Shown piece by piece: positions 16,193 to 23,689 of a stretch of DNA of 24,671 nucleotides (its first letter is position 1; each line of letters starts with the position of its first letter). Below the pieces are notes generated by a model that had not been told where the DNA came from, made no database searches, and saw only the letters and a program-made list of their open reading frames with translations. The position numbers and the translations under genes are program-made. Origin of the DNA: Opitutia bacterium (GTDB lineage: Bacteria > Verrucomicrobiota > Verrucomicrobiia > Opitutales > JANOBW01); contig JANOBW010000183.1 of assembly GCA_031411855.1 (NCBI GenBank), positions 1 through 24,671 of the forward strand. Reading direction: 5' to 3'.

Positions 16193-16205
16193 AACCAACT
16201 CCCAC

Positions 16206-18422
16206 TCAGCGTTTCCGGGCCGCAAACGGGTCCGGGCGGACCACCCGGGTCTCGCGGTCCCTCAGGCTGGCGGATTGGGCCAGGAAATGCTCCTGCGAAC
16301 TGAAGTAGGGTTCCTTGCCGTTCGCCTTGCCGTTTTTGCCGGTGGTCTTGGTCTGGGCGGTGGGACGGTAGATGCCGTCCGGTCCCAGGGTGGTGGAAAA
16401 CTTGTTGTCCTCCAGGCTCGGGGTCAGGATGTCGTCAATCAGGCGCTGGCGCAGGACGGGGTCCTCGACGGGGCAGACGACCTCGACACGGCGGAAGAAG
16501 TTGCGCGGCATCCAGTCGGCGCTGCCAAGGAGCACGACCGGGTCGCCGGCGCTGTTTTCAAAGTGGAAGACGCGGCTGTGCTCCAGGTAGCGGCCCAGGA
16601 TGGAGGTCACGGTGATGTTCTCACTCAGGCCGGGCACGCCCGGGACGAGGCAGCAGATCCCCCTGACCACCAGGTGGATGGAAACTCCGGCGCGGGAGGC
16701 GGCGTAGAGGCTCTCGATCGTCTCGCGGTCCACCAGGCTGTTGCACTTCACGCGGATGCGGGCGGGGCGGCCGTTGCGGGCGTTGTCCGCCTCGGTTCGG
16801 ATCAGTTTCTGGATCTGGCCGTGAAGGTTGTGCGGGGCGACCAGGAGTTTCTTGAAGGCGTGCTGGCGGGCGAAGCCGGTCAGGGCGTTGAAGACGGCGG
16901 CGACATCGCCGGTCACGTCCTCGTTGGCCGTGAGCAGGCTGAGGTCGGTGTAATGGTGGGCCGTGGTCGGGTGGTAGTTGCCCGTGCCGATGTGGGCGTA
17001 GCGGCGGAGCACGCGGCCCTCGCGGCGCACCACGAGGCAGCATTTGCAGTGGGTCTTGAGTCCGGTAAGCCCATACACCACATGGACTCCCGCCTCCTCC
17101 AGACGGCGGGCCCAGAGGATGTTCTTGGCCTCGTCGAAACGGGCCTTGAGCTCGATCAGCACCGTCACCTGCTTGCCGCGACGGGAGGCCTCGCCGAGGG
17201 CCTCGATGATGGGGGAGTTACTGGAGGTGCGGTAAAGGGTGAGCTTGATGGCGAGCACGTCGGGGTCGTGCGCTGCGCGGCCGATGAAGTCCACCACCGG
17301 CATGAAGGAGTCGTAGGGATGGTGGAGGAGGATGTCGCGGGTGCGGATCGAGCCGAAGAGATCGGCCCCCTCGGCCAGTTCCGGCGGCACGCGGGGCACG
17401 TGGGGGGGAAACTTCAGGTCGGGCCGGTCCAGCATCTCATACACACCCATGAGGCGGAGCAGGTTGATCGGACCGGGCAGGGTGAAGATGAACTCCTTCG
17501 GAAGTTTCAGACCCTCAACGATTAACCGCAGCGAGGCGGCTTCGGTCCCCTCCTCGATTTCCAGGCGCACGGCCGCGCCCTTGCGGAGTTTGTGCAGCTC
17601 CTCCTCGATCGTGAGGAGCAGGTTGCTGGCTTCTTCCTCATCGAAATAAAGGTCGCTGTTCCGCGTGACCCGGAAGGCCTTGATGTTGTCAATCTGGTAA
17701 CCGGGGAAAAGCAGCGAGGCGAAGGTCTTGAGGATGTCGCTCAGGAAGATGAGGACGGGCGTGCGGGCCGCCTGGGGACCGATCTGGACGACCCGCGGAA
17801 GGATGCGGGGGACGGGGATGACGGCCACCTCGCGTTCGCCTGTCGAGGGGTCGGTCAGGGTGGCGAGGAGGTTGAGGGTCTTGTTCGCGATCTGGGGAAA
17901 CGGGTGCGAGGGGTCCACCCCCAGCGGGGTCAGGACGGGCAGGACCTGTTTCTCAAAGTAGGCGCGGATCCAGGCCAGTTCGCGGGGGGTGAGTTCGGAG
18001 CAGCTTTTGAACTGGATGCCCTCGCGTTTGAGGGAAGGGAGGAGGTCGCCGGACCAGCAGGCGTATTCGTCGCGGAGCAGGGAGAGCGTCTCACCGTGGA
18101 TGCGGCGGAGCTGGTCGGAGACGGGCAGGCCGTCGGGGGTGATCTCGCGCAGGTTGGCGTCCTGCTGCTGAAGAAGCCCGGCCACCCGGATCTCGTAAAA
18201 CTCGTCCAGGTTGGAGCTCACAAAGGAAAGGAAACGGATGCGCTCCAGCAGCGGGTAGGCGGAGTTCTGGGCCTGGACGAGGACGCGCCGGTTGAAGGCC
18301 AGCCAGCTCAGCTCGCGGTTGAAAAAACGGGGCGCGCCGGCCACGGCGGCGGTGGTGGGCTTGGGTGGGACGGCGAGCACGGACGGGGCCGGGGCGGCGG
18401 GTTTCGTGGAACGGCGCGGCAT
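16206..18422 (-). CDS. ppk: Polyphosphate kinase 1
   Basis: The internal start MPRRSTKPAAPAP...FFNRELSWLAFNRRVL gives 738 aa (complement ATG 18420-18422). PPK1 N-terminal and catalytic domains are present along the full length. The upstream 52 codons of the ORF are implausible as protein. Confidence 0.9.
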   Translation of the reverse strand: MPRRSTKPAAPAPSVLAVPPKPTTAAVAGAPRFFNRELSWLAFNRRVLVQAQNSAYPLLERIRFLSFVSSNLDEFYEIRVAGLLQQQDANLREITPDGLPVSDQLRRIHGETLSLLRDEYACWSGDLLPSLKREGIQFKSCSELTPRELAWIRAYFEKQVLPVLTPLGVDPSHPFPQIANKTLNLLATLTDPSTGEREVAVIPVPRILPRVVQIGPQAARTPVLIFLSDILKTFASLLFPGYQIDNIKAFRVTRNSDLYFDEEEASNLLLTIEEELHKLRKGAAVRLEIEEGTEAASLRLIVEGLKLPKEFIFTLPGPINLLRLMGVYEMLDRPDLKFPPHVPRVPPELAEGADLFGSIRTRDILLHHPYDSFMPVVDFIGRAAHDPDVLAIKLTLYRTSSNSPIIEALGEASRRGKQVTVLIELKARFDEAKNILWARRLEEAGVHVVYGLTGLKTHCKCCLVVRREGRVLRRYAHIGTGNYHPTTAHHYTDLSLLTANEDVTGDVAAVFNALTGFARQHAFKKLLVAPHNLHGQIQKLIRTEADNARNGRPARIRVKCNSLVDRETIESLYAASRAGVSIHLVVRGICCLVPGVPGLSENITVTSILGRYLEHSRVFHFENSAGDPVVLLGSADWMPRNFFRRVEVVCPVEDPVLRQRLIDDILTPSLEDNKFSTTLGPDGIYRPTAQTKTTGKNGKANGKEPYFSSQEHFLAQSASLRDRETRVVRPDPFAARKR

Positions 18423-18627
18423 GTGAGAATTTCGTGAGTGGGAAAGGATGGCCTCTGAAAACGGCTGGACCTCGGCAGCCAGGGGCCGGCGAGGTCCAGA
18501 AATGGAACAAAGTGAGCGGCAAACCTGCCCGAACCGCCTCCCTTGGCAAGGAGAGACATCACATGCCCCAACGGCCACCCCGCGTTTGCGACTTTTCCTC
18601 CGGGCAATTGTTTGTCACCCCTGTCCC

Positions 18628-19959
18628 ATGCCCCCGCCCCACCACCGCCACCGCCAAACCGCCCTCGGCCTCCTCCTTCTGCTCGGAAGCCTGCTGTGGG
18701 CCGTGGAAACGAAAAACGCCCGCAAACCCAACATCGTCATCCTGCTCTCCGACGACGCCGGCTACCATGAGTTTTCCCTGACCGGCTCCACCACCATCGC
18801 CACCCCGCGGATAGACTCCATCGCCGCCGCCGGGACCAATTTCACCCACGGCTATGTGTCCGGCTGCGTGTGCAGCCCCACGCGGGCCGGCCTCCTCACC
18901 GGGCGCTACCAGCAGCGTTTCGGCCACGAGTTCAACATCCCGGCCGCCTACAGCGAGACCAACGGACTGCCCCTCTCCGAGACACTCCTTCCGGCCGTGC
19001 TCAAACCCGCCGGCTACCGCACCATCGCCCTCGGCAAATGGCACCTCGGCTACGCCCCCAAGTTCCACCCGATGGAGCGCGGCTTCACCGACTACTACGG
19101 CTTCCTCCAGGGTGCCCGCAGCTACTTCCCCCTCGAAAAAGGCACCCGCCTCAACCAGCTCCTGCGCGACCGCGAGCCGGTCAAACCCGAGAAGTTTGAC
19201 TACATGACAGACGAGCTGGCCCGCGAGGCCGCCGTCCAGATCGCCCGCCACAAGGACGAACCCTTCTTCCTCTACCTTGCCTTCAACGCCACCCACGGGC
19301 CCATGCAGGCCGCCAAAGAGGACCTCGACAAGGCCGGCGGAAACAAGATCAGGGCCATGACCAGCGCCCTCGACCGGGCCGTCGGCACCGTCCTCGACTC
19401 CCTCAAAAAGGAAGGTCTGTGGGAAAACACCCTCGTCTTCTTCCTCAACGACAACGGCGGCGCGGCCGGCCACGACAACCTCCCCCTCCGCGGCCACAAG
19501 GGCTCCTCCTGGGAAGGCGGCATCAGCGTCCCCTTCGCCGTCCAATGGCCGGGCGTGATCCCCGCCGGCACAACCGTGGACGCCCCCGTCATCAGCCTCG
19601 ACCTCTTCGCCACCTCCCTCGCCGCCGCCGGCATCGAAAAGTCCCCCGGCCAGCCCCTCGACGGCGCCAACCTCCTCCCCTACCTCACCGGGAAAAAGGA
19701 GGGCCGACCCCACCAGACCCTCTACTGGAAAAGCGGACCCAGCTGGGCCGTGCGCGACGGCGACCTCAAACTCGTCCATGGCGACGCCAAGACCCCCGGC
19801 CCCCTCCTCTTCGACCTCGCCAAGGATCGTTCGGAAACGAAGGACCTCGCGGCCGAAAGGCCGGACGACGCCAAACGCCTCGAAGCCCACTACGCCGCCT
19901 GGAAGGCCACCCACCAGCCCACGCCCTGGGCGGCCGGCCGCGACGACAGCGAGGACTGA
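18628..19959 (+). CDS. Sulfatase (arylsulfatase family, formylglycine-dependent), secreted
   Basis: The signal peptide is MPPPHHRHRQTALGLLLLLGSLLWAVE. The sulfatase signature is SGCVCSPTRAGLLTGRY (C-x-P-x-R), with DDAGYHEF and GKWHLG also present. I chose the start at ATG 18628, downstream of the divergent ppk start. Confidence 0.85.
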   Translation: MPPPHHRHRQTALGLLLLLGSLLWAVETKNARKPNIVILLSDDAGYHEFSLTGSTTIATPRIDSIAAAGTNFTHGYVSGCVCSPTRAGLLTGRYQQRFGHEFNIPAAYSETNGLPLSETLLPAVLKPAGYRTIALGKWHLGYAPKFHPMERGFTDYYGFLQGARSYFPLEKGTRLNQLLRDREPVKPEKFDYMTDELAREAAVQIARHKDEPFFLYLAFNATHGPMQAAKEDLDKAGGNKIRAMTSALDRAVGTVLDSLKKEGLWENTLVFFLNDNGGAAGHDNLPLRGHKGSSWEGGISVPFAVQWPGVIPAGTTVDAPVISLDLFATSLAAAGIEKSPGQPLDGANLLPYLTGKKEGRPHQTLYWKSGPSWAVRDGDLKLVHGDAKTPGPLLFDLAKDRSETKDLAAERPDDAKRLEAHYAAWKATHQPTPWAAGRDDSED

Positions 19960-20142
19960 GCCCATGAAAACGCGCGAGCCCCAAAACTTGACCGCCATGG
20001 GATGCCCGCTTTTGACCCGGGGCGGAACCACCGCCGGGCCTGATGTGTGTCTTTGCGTCCGGGATGTGCGGGCCGGGGAATGTGTGCAAGGGAACCTGAC
20101 CCTCCATCCCACTGACTTGATGATGACACTCTTCCCGCACGA

Positions 20143-23100
20143 ATGAAACCGGCCCGCGCCATCCGCCCCCTCCCCTCCTCCCGGAAACTTTTGCCGGCCG
20201 CCCTGACTCTGGGCTTGGCGATGTTTTCCGTTGGCTGCGGGCCGCAAAGCCGGACCGTGGCGGACGCCCACGCGGACGGACGGATTGACTACAACCGCGA
20301 CGTCCAGCCCATCCTCTCGAACCACTGCTACCATTGCCACGGCCCTGACACCGCCAGCCGGGCCAAGAAGGCGGTCAGCGCCACCGGGGAAACCCTCCGC
20401 CTTGACCTGCGCGACAAGGCCCTCGGTTTCGTCAACCCCGCCGGCCGCCGCACCATCGTTCCGGGCCGCCCCGACGAAAGCGAACTCATCGCCCGCATCG
20501 AGTCCCACGATCCCAGGAAACGCATGCCGCAGGACGTGGAGAAACTCCTCAGCCCCGCGCAGATCGCTCTCCTCCGCGAATGGATCAGCCAGGGCGCGGA
20601 GTTTCGCAACCACTGGGCCTTCGAGGAGCCCAGGCAGGCGCCTCCGCCGGCCGTCCGGGACAAAACGTGGGGCCGGACACCGATAGACGCCTTCGTCCTC
20701 GCCACACTGGAGGCGGAAGGCCTCACGCCCAACCCCGAGGCCGACCGCCACAGCCTCCTCCGCCGCGTCACCCTCGACCTCACCGGCCTCCTGCCGACAC
20801 CCGGGGAGATCGAAAGCTTCACCCAGGACCCGGCCGACAACGACACCGCCTACGCCAAGGTGGTGGACCGTCTCCTTGCCACCACGGCCTACGGCGAGCA
20901 CCGCGCCCGCCACTGGCTCGACTACGCCCGCTACGGTGACACCCATGGCATCCACGTGGACTGCTACCGGTCCATCTGGCCCTACCGCGACTATGTCATC
21001 AGGGCCTTCGGCGGCGACAAACCCTTCGATCGTTTCGTTACCGAACAACTTGCCGGCGACCTCCTCCCGGGCGGCGGCCTCGACTCCCTCGTGGCCACCG
21101 GCTTCGTCCGCGCCGGCATCGCCTCCGGCGAGGGCGGCGCCATCCCGCAGGACCTGTGGTGCAACGTCAAACGCGAGCGCACCGAGGCCTTCGGTGTCAC
21201 GTTCATGGGCATGAGCACCGGCTGCGCCGTCTGCCACGACCACAAATACGACCCTCTCACCCAGCGCGACTTCTACTCCCTCACCGCCTATTTCGGAAAC
21301 CTCACCGAAAAGCCCTGGCACGACGACTCCGACAACTGGCTGCCCTTCCAGGTCCTGCCCAAGGACGAGGACCGCGCCGCCTTCGAGGCCGCGCTGGCCC
21401 GCAGGTCCAAGGCCCAGGCGGAACTCAAGTCTCTCCTCGACGGCTCGGAGGCCCGCGTTGACTCCTGGTTGCGCTCACCGCAAGGTCCCAAGGCTCTGCC
21501 CGCGAAAGACTTGCTCAGCCGTTTCAAACTCGACGAAGGCATCGCCGGCCGGGGCGTGATCCGCGACACCGTCAGCGGCAAAACCTACCCGTATGAGTCC
21601 GCCCCGCCCCTCCGCGACGAATACCCGCACCTCGGCAGCTCCTTCCGCCTCGACAACAACACCCGCTACCAGATGCCCGAAGTCGGCGACTTCGACAAGG
21701 ACCAGCCCTTCACCGTCGCCGCCTGGGTGCGCTGGAACGAGGAGCCGCTCGGCCAGGGCTCCAGCCAGGGAGCCATCCTCTCGCGCATGGACGGCACCGG
21801 GAAACTGCGCGGCTGGGATCTGTTTCTGGAGAAGGGCCGCATCAGCATGCACCTGATCAACTCCTGGCCCGACAACGCCGCCAAGGCCATCTCCGAAGGC
21901 TCCATCGCACGCATACAATGGGCCCACGTCGCGGCCACCTACGACGGCTCCGGCAAGGCTGCGGGCATCAAATTCTACCTCAACGGCCAGCCCTCGGCCG
22001 CGCAGGTGCAGAACGACAAACTCAGCGGCACCATCCGCACCTCCGTCCCCTTCAACCTGGGCCGCCGGGGCAACGGCGAGGAGGGCTCGAATCCCCTCCG
22101 CGGTGTCGGCCTTCAGGACCTGCGCCTCTACCGGCGCGTCCTCACCGATACCGAGGTGGCCCAGCTGCCCGTCCTTGATCCCCTTGCCGAAGTGCTGGCC
22201 GCCCAGCCCGCTTATCTCTCGGCCGACACCAAGGGCGGCAAATCCTGGAATCCCTTCGAGCGCGACGCCGCCCGCAACGCCTGCTTCGCCGAGGACGCCA
22301 GGGCCAAGGAGCTCAAGGCCGACATCGCCCGGGCCCAGAAGGAAATGGATGAGCTCACCGCCAAGGTCCAGGTCGCCCACTACCAGGGCGCGAACAACAT
22401 CAAGGAGGGCAACAAGCTCAGCGACACCCTCCAACAGATGTATGAGGGCACGCTCGGCGTCGGCACCCTCGTCTGCCAGGAGAAACCCGCCCCGGCCTTC
22501 GCCCACATCCTCAGCCGCGGCGAATACGCCAACCGCACCGAACGCGTTTACGCCGCCACCCCGGCCTTCCTGCCGCCGCCTCCGCCGGGAACACCTCCCA
22601 ACCGTCTCGGCCTGGCCAAGTGGCTGACCATGAAGGAAAACCCGCTCACCGCCCGCGTCGCCGTCAACCGCATGTGGCTGGAGCTCTTCGGCTCCGGCCT
22701 GGTCGAAACCGCCGAGGATTTCGGCATCGTCGGCGACCGCCCCAGCCACCCCGAACTGCTCGACTGGCTGGCCGTGGACTTCCGCGACCACGGCTGGCAG
22801 ATGAAACGCGTTTACCGCCAGCTCGTCCTGTCCATGGCCTACCGCCAGTCCGCCAAGCTGACCCCGGTGGCCCTCGAAAAGGACCCGCGCAACCGTCTCA
22901 TCTCCCGCGGCCCGCGTTTCCGCCTCGATGCCGAGCCCCTGCGCGATTCCGCCCTCCAGGCCGCCGGACTGCTCGTCCACGACAAGGTCGGCGGACCCAG
23001 TTTCCTCGGCTACCAGCCCGAGGGCGTCTGGGAAAACAGCTACCCCTCCGACACCCACCTCTACAAGCGCCACCAGGGCCCCATGGCCTACCGCCGCAGT

Positions 23101-23535
23101 CTCTACCAGTTCGTCAAACGCACCGCGGTCCATCCCGAGCTCGACATCTTCGACGCCCCCGACCGCCTCGCCGCCTGCGCCCGCCGCAACCGCACCAACA
23201 CACCGCTCACCGCCCTGGCGCTGATGAACGACACCACCTTCCTCGAAGCCGCCCGTGTCCTCGCCCAGCACGCGGTCGAACAGGCTGCCACGACCGGGGA
23301 ACGCCTCGACTTCATCGCCCTCCGCACCCTGTCCCGCGTCCTCACCGAGCCCGAGCGCAAAAGCTACGAGGCCCGCCTGGCCCGCATCAGGACCAGTCTT
23401 GATGCGGCCAGCTCGGCCAACCTCCTCGCTCAGGGCGACAGCCTTGCGCCTTCCCAATTCGACCCGGTGGAACTCGCCGCCTGGATGAGCCTCGCCAGCA
23501 TTTTCCTCAACTGCGACGAGTTTCTCAACAAATGA
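20143..23535 (+). CDS. PSCyt1 (Planctomycete cytochrome-c-like, CxxCH) - DUF1549 - LamG/ConA-like - DUF1553 (PSD1) multidomain exported protein
   Basis: It is 1130 aa with an N-terminal signal/lipobox-like sequence (LGLAMFSVGC). It has a CYHCH motif at 20326-20340, a DUF1549-like region (HWLDYARYGDTHG, CAVCHDHKYDP), and a central LamG-like block (WVRWNEEP...FYLNGQ..., ~21700-22140). The C-terminal DUF1553 region reads TARVAVNRMWLELFG...FLNK. Confidence 0.85.
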   Translation: MKPARAIRPLPSSRKLLPAALTLGLAMFSVGCGPQSRTVADAHADGRIDYNRDVQPILSNHCYHCHGPDTASRAKKAVSATGETLRLDLRDKALGFVNPAGRRTIVPGRPDESELIARIESHDPRKRMPQDVEKLLSPAQIALLREWISQGAEFRNHWAFEEPRQAPPPAVRDKTWGRTPIDAFVLATLEAEGLTPNPEADRHSLLRRVTLDLTGLLPTPGEIESFTQDPADNDTAYAKVVDRLLATTAYGEHRARHWLDYARYGDTHGIHVDCYRSIWPYRDYVIRAFGGDKPFDRFVTEQLAGDLLPGGGLDSLVATGFVRAGIASGEGGAIPQDLWCNVKRERTEAFGVTFMGMSTGCAVCHDHKYDPLTQRDFYSLTAYFGNLTEKPWHDDSDNWLPFQVLPKDEDRAAFEAALARRSKAQAELKSLLDGSEARVDSWLRSPQGPKALPAKDLLSRFKLDEGIAGRGVIRDTVSGKTYPYESAPPLRDEYPHLGSSFRLDNNTRYQMPEVGDFDKDQPFTVAAWVRWNEEPLGQGSSQGAILSRMDGTGKLRGWDLFLEKGRISMHLINSWPDNAAKAISEGSIARIQWAHVAATYDGSGKAAGIKFYLNGQPSAAQVQNDKLSGTIRTSVPFNLGRRGNGEEGSNPLRGVGLQDLRLYRRVLTDTEVAQLPVLDPLAEVLAAQPAYLSADTKGGKSWNPFERDAARNACFAEDARAKELKADIARAQKEMDELTAKVQVAHYQGANNIKEGNKLSDTLQQMYEGTLGVGTLVCQEKPAPAFAHILSRGEYANRTERVYAATPAFLPPPPPGTPPNRLGLAKWLTMKENPLTARVAVNRMWLELFGSGLVETAEDFGIVGDRPSHPELLDWLAVDFRDHGWQMKRVYRQLVLSMAYRQSAKLTPVALEKDPRNRLISRGPRFRLDAEPLRDSALQAAGLLVHDKVGGPSFLGYQPEGVWENSYPSDTHLYKRHQGPMAYRRSLYQFVKRTAVHPELDIFDAPDRLAACARRNRTNTPLTALALMNDTTFLEAARVLAQHAVEQAATTGERLDFIALRTLSRVLTEPERKSYEARLARIRTSLDAASSANLLAQGDSLAPSQFDPVELAAWMSLASIFLNCDEFLNK

Positions 23536-23621
23536 ACTCAACCGAAGAAGCTATGCGGAAAGCACTTGCAAAAACATCTCTTAGGCCGGGCCGCAGGCGG
23601 AATCCGAACGCAGTTCGCCCA

Positions 23622-23644
23622 TTTTTAATTTTTAATTTTTAATT
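23622..23644. repeat. AT-rich tandem heptamer (TTTTTAA x3.3) in a GC-rich spacer
   Basis: The repeat reads atttttaatttttaatttttaatt. It lies 46 bp upstream of the DUF1501 start and is immediately followed by a perfect hairpin. Confidence 0.6.
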
Positions 23645-23645
23645 C

Positions 23646-23672
23646 CTGAATCCGGGGAAACACCGGATTCAG
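23646..23672 (+). promoter_or_regulatory. Perfect 10-bp stem / 7-nt loop hairpin between the AT-rich repeat and the DUF1501 start
   Basis: The hairpin is ctgaatccgg-ggaaaca-ccggattcag. No U-tract follows it, so it is more likely an operator or RNA structure than a terminator. Confidence 0.4.
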
Positions 23673-23689
23673 TTCAACAGCCCCACCCC

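Noticed and set aside
14231-17525. Plus-strand ORFs 14231-15406 and 15369-17525 (718 aa) opposite mgtE and ppk
   Set aside because: They are antisense to two very well supported genes. The composition is Arg/His/Gly/Ala-rich with no motifs.
18559-23541. Minus-strand ORFs 18559-21321 (920 aa) and 21475-23541 (688 aa) opposite the sulfatase and PSD1 genes, plus numerous short Pro/Arg-rich ORFs
   Set aside because: They are antisense shadow ORFs. The plus strand carries the sulfatase CxPxR signature and the PSCyt1/DUF1549/DUF1553 motifs.
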